DNA from: Alkanindiges illinoisensis DSM 15370
GTDB taxonomy: Bacteria; Pseudomonadota; Gammaproteobacteria; Pseudomonadales; Moraxellaceae
Direction: 5' to 3'
Length of the DNA stretch: 32,000 nucleotides
Assembly: GCF_000619845.1 (NCBI RefSeq)
Contig: NZ_JHUX01000003.1
Span: 1,390,064-1,422,063, forward strand
The notes beneath the pieces were generated by a model. That model worked only from the letters and a program-made list of their open reading frames with translations. It did no database searches and was not told the origin of the DNA. Both the position numbers and the translations under genes were made by a program. This document shows positions 8,733 through 18,308 of this stretch, in pieces. Every line of letters begins with the position of its first letter. Position 1 is the stretch's first letter.

Positions 8733-9590
8733 TTAAGCAGTTAAGGTGGCTTGCCATAGTTTTATATGCTGAACTGTAGCAAGCACATCATGAGTACGTA
8801 TAATTGACGCGCCCTGCTGTACTGACATCAAGTGTCCTGCCAGTCCAGCATATAAGCGGTCATCTACTGCTGCGCCATTGAGCACTTCTCCCAAAAAACG
8901 CTTGCGGGATAAACCGCTCAGCCAAGGTAAGCCGAAATAATCATTAAATTCATAAAGCGTGTTTAAGAGCTTTAGATTGTGCTGGGCAGTTTTAGCAAAC
9001 CCAAAGCCGGGATCCAGAATTATATTTTCACGCTGAACTCCTGCATCCAGTGCTGCATTAAGACGCTGCTCAAGTTCACTAATAACCTCCTGTACCACAT
9101 TGTCATAGTTTGCCAAGCTATTCATGGTATCCGGCTCACCACGCATGTGCATGAGAATGACAGGAATATTCAGGCCAGCAGCAACCTGTAAAGCGCCTGG
9201 CCGGGTTAGGGCACGTACATCATTCCACAGGTGTGCACCTGCCTTAACAGCTTCTGTGATTACCTCCGGACTGCTGGTATCAACTGAAATAATCACATCC
9301 AGCTGTTGGTGAATTGCGGTAACAACTGGCACAACCCGCTGTATTTCTTCATCCCTGCTCACTTTAGTGGCATTGGGCCGGGTAGACTCCCCGCCAATAT
9401 CAATTATAGTGGCGCCCTGCTCTACCATTTCCCTGGCACGTTTTAGCGCATAATCAAGCTGGGTATATTGGCCACCATCCGAAAAAGAATCGGGAGTTAC
9501 ATTCAAAATGCCCATTACTTGCGGCTGCGATAAATCCAGCTCTTTATTTTGACACTGACGTGACACTGTAGGGAGAGAACGCAATTGCAT
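8733..9590 (-). CDS. folP: dihydropteroate synthase
   Basis: It has the GILNVTPDSFSDGG signature, DIGGESTRP, and a position downstream of ftsH. I prefer the ATG at 9590 over the TTG at 9611. Confidence 0.92.
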   Translation of the reverse strand: MQLRSLPTVSRQCQNKELDLSQPQVMGILNVTPDSFSDGGQYTQLDYALKRAREMVEQGATIIDIGGESTRPNATKVSRDEEIQRVVPVVTAIHQQLDVIISVDTSSPEVITEAVKAGAHLWNDVRALTRPGALQVAAGLNIPVILMHMRGEPDTMNSLANYDNVVQEVISELEQRLNAALDAGVQRENIILDPGFGFAKTAQHNLKLLNTLYEFNDYFGLPWLSGLSRKRFLGEVLNGAAVDDRLYAGLAGHLMSVQQGASIIRTHDVLATVQHIKLWQATLTA

Positions 9591-9623
9591 AGGTTTTTCC
9601 AGTTCAAGCAAGGCTATATCTTA

Positions 9624-9657
9624 AATAAAAAAACCGCGCTTTAAATAAAGCACGGTT
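9624..9657 (-). terminator. rho-independent terminator after ftsH
   Basis: On the minus strand AACCGUGCUU-uauuua-AAGCGCGGUU forms 10 bp including one G-U pair, followed by UUUUUUUAUUU. On the plus strand the same position is a C-A mismatch, so the hairpin is better on the ftsH strand. Confidence 0.6.
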
Positions 9658-9729
9658 TTTAATGAGGCTAAATAAGCGCTGATTTTGCAATTAAACAGTA
9701 ATTATTACCTGTTATTGTGCATCCATTGC

Positions 9730-11634
9730 TTAGATTGCTGGCAATGGCGGCGGTGTTGAACCACCAGATGAAGAACCACCGCTATCAATGCTATGGGTTG
9801 GTACCGGATTGATTGGCTCATACACACGTGGCGGTTTTGGATCACGGCCCGCCATAATGTCCAGAATTTGCTCGCGGTCAATGGTTTCCCATTCCAGCAA
9901 AGCTTTTACCATGGCATGTGCAATATCCAGATTGGATTCAATCAGATCACGGGCAATCTTGTATTGCTCATCCAGAATGCGACGTACCTCAGCATCTACC
10001 TGTTGCTGGGTAGCTTCTGAAATGGTACGGCTACCAACATTACCAAAGAAAGACTGGGACTGGTCATCTTCATAAACCATCACGCCTAACTTATCTGACA
10101 TGCCATATTTAGTAACCATGGCACGGGCAATTTTGGTTGCACGTTCAAAGTCATTAGACGCGCCAGTTGATTGCTGATTGATAAACACTTCCTCAGCAAT
10201 ACGGCCACCAAACAAAATGGAAATTTCATTCAGCATTTTGTGCTTATAATGGCTAATGCGGTCATGTTCAGGCAACTGCCATGTCACACCCAATGCCCAG
10301 CCACGCGGCATAATGGTCACTTTATGCACAGGATCAGTTTCTGGCAATAACTCAGCCACAATGGCATGACCAGCTTCATGATAAGCCGTGGCCTTGCGCT
10401 CTTCTTCACGCAGCACCATGGATTTACGCTCAGGACCCATAAAGATTTTGTCCTTGGCGTCCTCAAAGTCATGCATATCGACTGTGTTTTTATTACGGCG
10501 GGCAGCAAACAAGGCTGCTTCATTTACCAGATTAGCCAGATCAGCACCACTAAAACCGGGTGTACCACGCGCCAGAACCTTGGTATCCACACCGGTTACA
10601 GATGGCAATTTACCCATGTGCACGTTCAGGATTTGCTCACGGCCTTTAATGTCCGGCAAGCCCACAGCAACCTGACGGTCAAAACGACCCGGACGCAGCA
10701 ATGCCTTATCCAGTACATCAACACGGTTGGTTGCCGCAATGACAATAATACCTTCATTGCCTTCAAAACCATCCATTTCAACCAGCATCTGGTTCAAGGT
10801 TTGCTCACGTTCATCGTGACCACCGCCTGTACCTGAACCACGATGGCGGCCTACCGCATCAATCTCGTCAATAAAGATGATACATGGTGCATGACGTTTG
10901 GCTTGTTCAAACATGTCACGCACACGGGATGCACCGACGCCAACAAACATTTCAACAAAGTCAGAACCGGAAATTGAAAAGAACGGTACTTTCGCTTCAC
11001 CAGCAATCGCTTTAGCCAGCAGGGTTTTACCTGTTCCCGGTGGGCCAACCATCAGCACACCACGCGGAATCTTGGCACCCAGACGCTTGAACTTGGCAGG
11101 GTCTTTCAGGAAGTCGACAATTTCAACCACTTCCTGCTTGGCTTCATCACAGCCTGCTACATCCTTAAAGGTGACCTTGATCTGGTCATCAGTCAGCATT
11201 TTGGCTTTTGACTTGCCAAAGCTCATTGGCCCGCCTTTACCACCTGCACCGCCTTGCATGTTACGCATAAAGAACATGAATAGCAGAATAATCAGTAATA
11301 CCGGGAAGCTGGCAATCAGCAACTGCATGAGCAGGCCTTGACGATGTGGCGCAGTACCTTCAATTTCTACATTATTTTTAATCAGGTTAGGCATTAGCTC
11401 AGCATCAGTCACGGCTGGACGAATACTTTCAAACGCTGTGCCATTGCGTTTTTCACCCGCAATTCTCTCGCCATCAATTTTGACCTGCTTGATTTGTCCC
11501 GCATTAACCGCAGCGACGAACTCAGAATAGTTCAGTTGATCCGGCTTGTTGCGGTTTTCAAAGTTGCTAAATACCAGCACGAGAACACCGATGATGACAA
11601 GCCACAACACGGCATTCTTAACGAGATCGCTCAA
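9730..11634 (-). CDS. ftsH: ATP-dependent zinc metalloprotease FtsH
   Basis: Two N-terminal TM helices, Walker A GPPGTGKT, an AAA second region of homology, and the HEAGHA zinc site are present. The start is TTG at 11634, with GGGAAG 6 nt upstream. Confidence 0.97.
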   Translation of the reverse strand: MSDLVKNAVLWLVIIGVLVLVFSNFENRNKPDQLNYSEFVAAVNAGQIKQVKIDGERIAGEKRNGTAFESIRPAVTDAELMPNLIKNNVEIEGTAPHRQGLLMQLLIASFPVLLIILLFMFFMRNMQGGAGGKGGPMSFGKSKAKMLTDDQIKVTFKDVAGCDEAKQEVVEIVDFLKDPAKFKRLGAKIPRGVLMVGPPGTGKTLLAKAIAGEAKVPFFSISGSDFVEMFVGVGASRVRDMFEQAKRHAPCIIFIDEIDAVGRHRGSGTGGGHDEREQTLNQMLVEMDGFEGNEGIIVIAATNRVDVLDKALLRPGRFDRQVAVGLPDIKGREQILNVHMGKLPSVTGVDTKVLARGTPGFSGADLANLVNEAALFAARRNKNTVDMHDFEDAKDKIFMGPERKSMVLREEERKATAYHEAGHAIVAELLPETDPVHKVTIMPRGWALGVTWQLPEHDRISHYKHKMLNEISILFGGRIAEEVFINQQSTGASNDFERATKIARAMVTKYGMSDKLGVMVYEDDQSQSFFGNVGSRTISEATQQQVDAEVRRILDEQYKIARDLIESNLDIAHAMVKALLEWETIDREQILDIMAGRDPKPPRVYEPINPVPTHSIDSGGSSSGGSTPPPLPAI

Positions 11635-11672
11635 AGCTTTCTTCCCATATATACATGATGATCACAGCATGC

Positions 11673-11681
11673 ATTATAGCA
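11673..11681 (-). promoter_or_regulatory. candidate extended -10 promoter element (TGCTATAAT) for ftsH
   Basis: The minus strand reads TGCTATAAT about 40 nt upstream of the ftsH TTG, in the 172-bp rlmE-ftsH spacer. I could not find a good -35. Confidence 0.4.
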
Positions 11682-11806
11682 TTCAAATCATGAACCTAAT
11701 GTCGATATTCGGTACATGATCACCTGATAGATGTGATCTTTCACTCAGGTTTTGATTTAATTTAAGCTCCAGTTAATCTCAACAGTCGCTTAATTTTTTA
11801 AATTCG

Positions 11807-12454
11807 TTATAAGGATTTTTTACGTCCTTGACCCAGCAAATATACTTCTTTTGAACGGGCACGCGAGGCAGCAGGCTTGGTAGTTTTTAGCACATCGAAA
11901 GTGTCAACAATCGACTTACGGTATTCATCAAAGCCTTCCCCTTGAAACACCTTCACCAGAAACTGTCCTTTGGGACTCAGTACCCGGTTTGCAAAATCAA
12001 GGGCCAACTCACACAGATAAATCATGCGCGGCTGATCAACAGAAGTATTACCAGATGTATTGGGGGCCATATCAGAAATTACAACATCCACTTGTCGGCC
12101 ATTTAATATTTTTAACAATTCATCAAAAACTGCCTGTTCCCGGAAGTCCCCTTGCAGGAAGGTTACATCAGGTAATGCATCCATATGCAAAATATCAGAA
12201 GCTACCACCAGTCCCTTGGAACCTACCAGCTTGCCCGCAATTTGCGACCAGCTTCCCGGTGCTGCACCCAGATCAACCACGGTCATGCCGGGTTTAATCA
12301 GGTTGTACTTTTCCTGAATTTCAAGCAGCTTGTAGGCGGCACGCGCCCGGTAGCCATCTTTATGGGCCTTCTTAACGTAAAAATCATCCAGGTGCTCCCG
12401 CATCCACGCGCGACTACTTTTGGATAGCTTATTGTTGGTAATGCGTGTGGCCAT
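11807..12454 (-). CDS. rlmE: 23S rRNA (uridine2552-2'-O)-methyltransferase RlmE/FtsJ
   Basis: [34 protein letters not shown] and the SAM motif [11 protein letters not shown] are present. The gene lies directly upstream of ftsH. Confidence 0.95.
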   Translation of the reverse strand: MATRITNNKLSKSSRAWMREHLDDFYVKKAHKDGYRARAAYKLLEIQEKYNLIKPGMTVVDLGAAPGSWSQIAGKLVGSKGLVVASDILHMDALPDVTFLQGDFREQAVFDELLKILNGRQVDVVISDMAPNTSGNTSVDQPRMIYLCELALDFANRVLSPKGQFLVKVFQGEGFDEYRKSIVDTFDVLKTTKPAASRARSKEVYLLGQGRKKSL

Positions 12455-12564
12455 AGCTCAACCTGTAAAAAACCAGTTTCATTAAATATGTTTTCTTGCT
12501 GCAAGAACAGTGCAGATATTAACTGATTTTGTCAGTGTTTTTATCTCAAATGTGCACAAACCCG

Positions 12565-12924
12565 CTATCCACCTGTCACTGCTTCAGCTTGTGGCAGCAA
12601 ATTTTCTCGTCCCCACAGCTCCATGGCACGAATGATAGGGGCTAACGTTTTACCCTTGCTGGTCAGGTAATACTCAACCTTGGGCGGTACTTCTGCATAA
12701 ACCTGCCGAAATACAATGCCACTGGCTTCCAGCTCACGCAACTGATTGGTTAGCATGCGCTGCGTAATGCCGGGTAAGCGCCTGCGGATTTCATTAAAAC
12801 GCAAGGTTTCATCCAGTAAATGATACAGAATGACACCTTTCCATTTACCACCGATAATCTCAAGCACACCCTCTACCGGGCAGCCTACTGTACAGTCCAG
12901 ACGCTGATGCGCAATGTTGGGCAT
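12565..12924 (-). CDS. HxlR-family winged-helix transcriptional regulator
   Basis: [22 protein letters not shown]...[30 protein letters not shown] is typical HxlR/MarR-like DUF24. It is divergent from an oxidoreductase gene. Confidence 0.88.
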   Translation of the reverse strand: MPNIAHQRLDCTVGCPVEGVLEIIGGKWKGVILYHLLDETLRFNEIRRRLPGITQRMLTNQLRELEASGIVFRQVYAEVPPKVEYYLTSKGKTLAPIIRAMELWGRENLLPQAEAVTGG

Positions 12925-13070
12925 TTGGTTTCCTAAAAGATCATAAGATCAGCAAGCTTTAATAAGCTAGCCTGAACGGCTTGACTTACGAACGAAAGTT
13001 GCTGGATCTGGAATAGCATGCAGTTAATCCTGAATCAGGATGCTTAAGTCTGGCGCTTACATCATGCCTA

Positions 13071-13090
13071 TAGTATCAAAAAGGATACTA
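13071..13090. promoter_or_regulatory. perfect 7-bp inverted repeat TAGTATC-N6-GATACTA, candidate HxlR operator
   Basis: The repeat was read directly in the hxlR/oxidoreductase divergent intergenic region. Assigning it to the regulator is inference. Confidence 0.35.
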
Positions 13091-13189
13091 GGTGTCATGA
13101 ATGTGCATTCTTGCAGAAATAGAACTTTACTCTTAAGGTGTGTGTTCATGGGTCTTTATTTTTAGTTTACAAGCATCAGGATTTTAACC

Positions 13190-14212
13190 ATGCGTGCAGT
13201 TGCCTACCAGAACTCCCTAGCGATTGATCAACAACAATCATTAATTGACATTAACCTGCCTGAACCTATTGCGCGTGGGCGTGACTTACTGGTTGAAGTT
13301 AAAGCCATTTCAGTCAACCCGGTCGATAGCAAAATTCGCAAAAGAGTGCAGCCTGAGGCTGGCCAGTACAAGGTGCTGGGCTGGGATGCTGCTGGAGTTG
13401 TAAAAGCAGTGGGTGATGGGGTAAGCCAGTTTAAAGTAGGTGATGAAGTATTTTACGCCGGTGATTTGAGTCGCTCCGGAACCAATAGTGAATTTCATCT
13501 GGTAGACGAGCGTATTGTTGGCCTAAAGCCCAAAACTCTTTCCTTTGAACAGGCTGCTGCCCTGCCGCTCACCAGTATTACTGCCTGGGAAGCCCTGTTT
13601 GACCGTTTAAAGATTAGTGCTAATAATTCCACTGAAACAGGAACAATCCTGATTATTGGAGGGGCTGGCGGTGTAGGTTCCATTGCCATTCAGCTACTGC
13701 GTGCATTAACCAGTTTAACCATCATAGCAACAGCATCACGACCAGAAAGCATAGCCTGGTGCCAGAAGCTAGGCGCGCATGTGGTGCTGGATCACAGTCA
13801 ATCCTTATCTGAGCAGTTTCAGGCCCAGCAATTGCAAGCGCCGCAGTATGTATTTTCAACTACCCATACTGATCAGCATTTGCAGGCAATTAGTGAAATC
13901 ATTGCACCACAGGGCGCACTGGTTTTAATTGATGATCCTGAGCAACTGGACATTGGCTTGCTCAAGCGTAAAAGTGTGGCGATTCACTGGGAATTCATGT
14001 TTACCCGCTCGCTATTTCAAACGTTAGACATGCAGGCTCAAGGCAATTTGCTCAATGAGGTTGCACAACTGGTAGATGCCGGCAAAATCCACAGCACACA
14101 AAATCAGACTTTTGGCACCATCAATGCACAAAACCTGAAAAAAGCCCATGCCTTGCTGGAAAGCAACCAGAGTATTGGCAAAATTGTACTCAGTGAATTT
14201 GAGCCAAGTTGA
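13190..14212 (+). CDS. zinc-binding alcohol dehydrogenase family / NAD(P)H:quinone oxidoreductase-like (MDR superfamily)
   Basis: AISVNPVDSKIR, a GroES-like N-domain and the Rossmann motif IIGGAGGVGSIAIQL are present. It is paired divergently with an HxlR regulator, which is a common arrangement. Confidence 0.85.
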   Translation: MRAVAYQNSLAIDQQQSLIDINLPEPIARGRDLLVEVKAISVNPVDSKIRKRVQPEAGQYKVLGWDAAGVVKAVGDGVSQFKVGDEVFYAGDLSRSGTNSEFHLVDERIVGLKPKTLSFEQAAALPLTSITAWEALFDRLKISANNSTETGTILIIGGAGGVGSIAIQLLRALTSLTIIATASRPESIAWCQKLGAHVVLDHSQSLSEQFQAQQLQAPQYVFSTTHTDQHLQAISEIIAPQGALVLIDDPEQLDIGLLKRKSVAIHWEFMFTRSLFQTLDMQAQGNLLNEVAQLVDAGKIHSTQNQTFGTINAQNLKKAHALLESNQSIGKIVLSEFEPS

Positions 14213-14374
14213 TTTTTTAAACTAAAGGTATTCACCAGAATTTTTAGCAACGCTGGTGTAGCTAGGGTGTAGCCAGATAGCATGATAAACCCTGGTGTCT
14301 GAGATAATGATTTCGTGCGACAGGGTTTTTCGCTACAATAGCCAATCTTATTTAATGTTGTTTGAGTTCAGTGT

Positions 14375-14698
14375 ATGAGCAGTCTTTCAAATCAGGAACG
14401 TAAGCGTTTACGTCAAATCGGACATGCACTGCATCCTGTGGTGATGCTAGGCAGTCAGGGCCTGACCGAAGGGGTTATTGAAGAAGCCAACCGTGCACTG
14501 AATGACCATGAGCTGATAAAAGTCAAAGTAAGCGGTGAAGACCGTGAGCTTCGTGCTGCGCTGATGCAAGAGCTGGTTGAAAAAACCGGTGCTGAAATTG
14601 TGCAGAAAATTGGCAAGATTGTGTTGCTGTATAAAAAGGCTGACAAACAGAACCAGCATTTATCCAACCTGATCCGCTTTGCCCACTTAGCCAAATAA
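14375..14698 (+). CDS. yhbY: ribosome assembly RNA-binding protein YhbY (CRM domain)
   Basis: LSNQERKRLRQIGHALHPVVMLGSQGLTEGVIEEANRALNDHELIKVKV matches the YhbY family. Confidence 0.9.
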   Translation: MSSLSNQERKRLRQIGHALHPVVMLGSQGLTEGVIEEANRALNDHELIKVKVSGEDRELRAALMQELVEKTGAEIVQKIGKIVLLYKKADKQNQHLSNLIRFAHLAK

Positions 14699-14748
14699 AC
14701 AGGATCAAGTCAGTATTTTATGCTATGTAATTTACGGAGTAGCGGATC

Positions 14749-15345
14749 TTGCCAAGCTATGAGTTAGAACCGTTTACCCCAGACCGCAGCATCCGCATTG
14801 TCGCTGCTACTGAAATCCTGCTGCCGTCATCAGTACGTGTGCTGTTTTGGGTAAACGATCCCGAGCAGCAGGTGCTGTGGCCGGATTCAGCGGATAATCT
14901 GGCTTCCTGCCTAAATAACTCTCCGTCTACCAGCTTTGATGGTGATGCGCTGGGCTACCCGCGTCGTGATTACTTATGGCAGCACACCTGTTTTGAACTG
15001 TTTATCGGCCTTAAAAACCAGACGGTTTATCGGGAAATTAACTTAAGTCCAGCAAGCGTCTGGAATTGTTATGGCTTTGAGAATTATCGTGAACCTACCC
15101 AAATGCCGCCTGTGGTAGCCCATGATGTTCAATTGCTGGAACTAAAAACCCAGTCCCAAAAGCTGGAAGCTGTGCTAAGTTTTCAACAATTTTTTGAAGC
15201 ACATCAATGTGGCTGGAATGATCTGATTCTTGGCATGACCAGCGTTATAAAGACCCAGAAGCAGCGGGAGTTTTACTTTGCCTTACAACACTCAGGTGTG
15301 CAGGCTGACTTTCATCGCAAGCAGGACTGGATTGGCAGTTTTTAA
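14749..15345 (+). CDS. hypothetical protein (possibly DOMON-like / carbohydrate-binding family 9-like; low confidence)
   Basis: A 198-codon ORF starts at a TTG with GGAG 9 nt upstream. It has no signal peptide. The family suggestion is only a recollection of similar annotations. Confidence 0.55.
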   Translation: MPSYELEPFTPDRSIRIVAATEILLPSSVRVLFWVNDPEQQVLWPDSADNLASCLNNSPSTSFDGDALGYPRRDYLWQHTCFELFIGLKNQTVYREINLSPASVWNCYGFENYREPTQMPPVVAHDVQLLELKTQSQKLEAVLSFQQFFEAHQCGWNDLILGMTSVIKTQKQREFYFALQHSGVQADFHRKQDWIGSF

Positions 15346-15360
15346 CTTTATAAGCCAGGA

Positions 15361-15388
15361 TTAAAAAACCCCGAATTTTATCGGGGTA
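15361..15388. terminator. terminator hairpin between convergent genes
   Basis: ACCCCGA-atttta-TCGGGGT is flanked by an A-run on the left, which is a U-run for the minus-strand lipoprotein gene, and by TATAAT on the right. Confidence 0.6.
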
Positions 15389-15431
15389 TAATATGCGCTG
15401 TGAAAATTATTCTATTGCTAAGATTGGTTTA

Positions 15432-16424
15432 TCAAGCAGGCGTATATTCATATTTTACGCTGTAGCTTACGCTAAACCCATTGGCTGACACTGTTGCCGC
15501 AATATTGCCTGTATTGCCACTAAATGAACAACTATTTAACACATAACCCGATGGCAATTGCTCTTTAACATCGGCATCACCGCAAAACTCTTGCTGGTTA
15601 GCTGGTTTATCAACTCCCTTAATATCTACAGTGGTACCAAAGCCATTCACTGAAGTCGTTACTTTCAGATTGTAATTACCGCCGAATCCACCACCATTAT
15701 TGTTATCAATCACCCATGAATAACCATTGGTGCTGATCTGGTAGTTCCAGGCAAATTCACGGCCATTAATTACGTATTTCACACTACAGCTACTGACATT
15801 ACAGTTGCCAAAGCCTGAAATTTGCACCTTATCGAGTACCGCATCGAAACCGCTACCATTGGCCTTAAACTCATAGCTAAAAATGTTCAGCTTCTTGGCA
15901 TCAATGCTGACAGCAGCAAATTCACTGTTTAGATTAGCTGCGACTTTTTTGGCAGCGTCCTCAATCTTGGCGCTGGTTACGACAGTATTTTGTTTGTCCC
16001 AGTCTTTATAAAGAGTGTCCAGATTGGCCTGGCCATTGGCTGCAAATACAGCTTGGGTGGTGAGCTGATTTACATTGACCTGTGTTTTGGCATCAGCAGA
16101 ATACGAATATAGGGTAACTGCCTGATCGCCAGTCTTATCATTATAGGCCTTGATCAGGTATGGCCCGCCCTTGGGTGCTGCAACTTCAAAACTACCATCC
16201 GCCTTGATGTCTACAGCTTTAGATTCCTTGCCTTCCTTATTCTTGACAATAACCTTGCCTGCAAAAGGCTTACCGGTGGCTGCAGTGCCTTTAATGGTTT
16301 CAGTGCTGGCCGGTGCGGTATTGGTGGTATTGTTATCATCATGATCGCTACCACAGGCAGCCAGACTTAACGCCGCGCCAGTACATACGGCAAGTGTTAA
16401 TGCTTTAAAATTTAATGATTTCAT
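15432..16424 (-). CDS. predicted lipoprotein with a carboxypeptidase-regulatory-like beta domain, unknown function
   Basis: MKSLNFKALTLAVCTGAALSLAACGSD carries a lipobox. AAGGA lies 8 nt upstream of the ATG at 16424, whereas the track start at 16451 is GTG. GKVIVKNKEGKESKAVDIKADGSFEV resembles CarboxypepD_reg-type repeats. Confidence 0.7.
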   Translation of the reverse strand: MKSLNFKALTLAVCTGAALSLAACGSDHDDNNTTNTAPASTETIKGTAATGKPFAGKVIVKNKEGKESKAVDIKADGSFEVAAPKGGPYLIKAYNDKTGDQAVTLYSYSADAKTQVNVNQLTTQAVFAANGQANLDTLYKDWDKQNTVVTSAKIEDAAKKVAANLNSEFAAVSIDAKKLNIFSYEFKANGSGFDAVLDKVQISGFGNCNVSSCSVKYVINGREFAWNYQISTNGYSWVIDNNNGGGFGGNYNLKVTTSVNGFGTTVDIKGVDKPANQQEFCGDADVKEQLPSGYVLNSCSFSGNTGNIAATVSANGFSVSYSVKYEYTPA

Positions 16425-16525
16425 AAAGACATCCTTTTTAGCTGTGAGCACGTCGACATCAGCACCCCGAGCACTGATTAATGTGACTTACCGCAAATAT
16501 TAAGGAAGGCCTAAAAAAACACTAT

Positions 16526-16556
16526 CCCCTGTTTAAGGGGGTCAAACAGGATTTTT
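16526..16556. terminator. weak terminator-like hairpin(s) downstream of ykgJ
   Basis: Two overlapping hairpins are possible, CCCCT-gttta-AGGGG or CCTGTTT-N9-AAACAGG. T-runs lie on both sides, ATTTTT on the plus strand and a more distant T7 on the minus strand. Confidence 0.3.
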
Positions 16557-16618
16557 AATAAAATTAAAATGAGTTTGCCTAATGTTTAAACACTGATCAA
16601 CAAAAGGCCGGAAAGACT

Positions 16619-16879
16619 TTATGAGGCTGAGGAAGTCAGGTTTTCCAGCTCAATCAAATAGCTGAAAGCGGCGGCATTATCGCTACCACACATTGATTGT
16701 TCTGGCTGTAATGAACCACACACCTTTGGCCGTTCGGGATGACCAAAAATTTTGCACAAATTCTGGTCATCCAGTTGAATACAACGCACCCCAGCAGGCT
16801 TACCCTGAGGCATCCCTGGAATGGGACTGCTAATACTGGGGGCAATGCAGCATGCGCCGCAGCCCAGGCGGCAGTTCAT
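16619..16879 (-). CDS. YkgJ-family cysteine-cluster (zinc/iron-chelating) protein
   Basis: The N-terminal CRLGCGACC motif plus further spaced Cys residues (RC, LC, VC, MC) fit the small UPF0153/YkgJ family. Confidence 0.8.
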   Translation of the reverse strand: MNCRLGCGACCIAPSISSPIPGMPQGKPAGVRCIQLDDQNLCKIFGHPERPKVCGSLQPEQSMCGSDNAAAFSYLIELENLTSSAS

Positions 16880-16930
16880 GAATGACGGCCTGTTTTAAAC
16901 TGGACTGTTTTAGAGTTGGTTGTGTTGACG

Positions 16931-17503
16931 CTAATAGGCATACGAAGCAATCCCGGTTGCAATCAGCTTGCCTTCGTCATTGTGCATGTTCATGCGTGTG
17001 GTACAGCCCTTACGCCCCATGCGCAAGACTTCGGCTGAACCGATAAACTGCTTGCCACGGCCCGGTGCGATATAATCAATGCGCATATCCACCGTGGCCA
17101 GCCGGGTTACCTTTTTTACCGTATCGGCAATATGATCCTTGTCAGCACGCTTATAAAGCTCACCCATGGCCACAATACCGCCAATACTGTCCAGTAATGT
17201 GGCTGCTACACCGCCATGTAAGATCTGAAATGCCACATTGCCAATCAGGCTGCTATCCATGTCGACAATGCACTTAATGTCCTGACCTTCCAGTATCATT
17301 TTCATATTCAGGTGATGAAAAAATGGTGAGGTGTTGAATGCACGGCAAAGCTGCTGTAACACAACATCGATCTTGATTACCCCGCTTGTGGCAATATCCC
17401 CTGTCCAGCCACTCTTGGGCGCTGGGGACGCCTGCTGAATAGCTATGGTTTCGGCTTGCTGATGCGCTTTGGCAATCGATGAAGAACTGGATTGTTCCGA
17501 CAT
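16931..17503 (-). CDS. PaaI-family hotdog-fold thioesterase
   Basis: ILHGGVAATLLDSIGG is the signature of PaaI/4HBT-type thioesterases. A Ser/Gln-rich extension of about 50 aa precedes the domain. Confidence 0.8.
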   Translation of the reverse strand: MSEQSSSSSIAKAHQQAETIAIQQASPAPKSGWTGDIATSGVIKIDVVLQQLCRAFNTSPFFHHLNMKMILEGQDIKCIVDMDSSLIGNVAFQILHGGVAATLLDSIGGIVAMGELYKRADKDHIADTVKKVTRLATVDMRIDYIAPGRGKQFIGSAEVLRMGRKGCTTRMNMHNDEGKLIATGIASYAY

Positions 17504-17791
17504 AAAAATTCCGCAATGCTGGCTAACACGAGGCGGTATTGTAATGTAAACTTCATCACAATTTGAAACTCTCGCGTTTAAATTTTAAATTACTAAATTT
17601 CAATGAATTATTATAACTACTTAATGTCATTTTACGTTTTTGCTTATGAATACAACGCATTTTATAAGCAGAAAATTCCTCGAATATCCGGTTTAGCAGT
17701 TTAGCGTCAGCCTGTGACGTTATGGTTGAGTAGCAGGCTGGTTTTTAAGGGCAATTGGCCTTATTAATTTACTTCAAGAAGGAGTAAAGCT

Positions 17792-18097
17792 ATGGGTAAA
17801 AAATTGTCAGGCAGGACATTGGCAACAAGTCTTATTCCCAATCGCCTGCATAAAACCAGATTTGATCCAGACTGTAACCTGAATGTGCGCTATCCATTTT
17901 CTGATGATGACCCGGTCATGCTGTCTTTTCAGGAGGTGGTCGATATGCTGGAACGTGCACGTGAAATGGGCAAGCTGGAAGCTAGCAACAATCATCAAAA
18001 TGAAGCCTTAAATGACGTGTCTGGTTTGCCAGCCATTCGTCCAGCAACTGCACGACTGATTCATATCACCCGGCGACTGATGAAAAAAGCCAGCTAA
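17792..18097 (+). CDS. hypothetical protein
   Basis: A 101-codon ORF has a strong SD (AAGGAG) 7 nt upstream of the ATG and is followed by a terminator hairpin. I recognise no family. Confidence 0.6.
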   Translation: MGKKLSGRTLATSLIPNRLHKTRFDPDCNLNVRYPFSDDDPVMLSFQEVVDMLERAREMGKLEASNNHQNEALNDVSGLPAIRPATARLIHITRRLMKKAS

Positions 18098-18210
18098 TGC
18101 AATAGTCAGACTTTAACCACATTCCCTAAATATTTTTGGTAGTAATGCAAGTTAACCTAAGCTTTCTACCTTAGCAGCGAACTTAGCTAAGGTTGGCATA
18201 ACCTGATGTA

Positions 18211-18250
18211 ATATAAAAACCAAAGGCTTACATAAAATAAGTAAGCCTTT
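18211..18250. terminator. bidirectional terminator between convergent genes
   Basis: A perfect 10-bp stem AAAGGCTTAC-N9-GTAAGCCTTT is present. A U-run (GGUUUUUAUAUU) follows it on the minus strand and a weaker GCUGUUUC follows on the plus strand. Confidence 0.65.
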
Positions 18251-18308
18251 GCTGTTTCTGGCAGAACCTCAACCCTGATTGAAGATAACATCTGCCAGAG
18301 GTTTGGTA

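Noticed and set aside
10366-10836. A 156-aa plus-strand ORF, and several others between 9788 and 11341, antisense to ftsH
   Set aside because: They lie entirely inside a very confidently called and highly conserved gene. They have no SD, and their composition is typical of shadow frames.
12493-12507. The palindrome TTCTTGC-t-GCAAGAA between the hxlR stop and the rlmE start, considered as a terminator or heat-shock promoter element
   Set aside because: The loop would be only 1-3 nt and no U-tract follows on the relevant strand. I could not match a sigma32 or sigma70 consensus around it.
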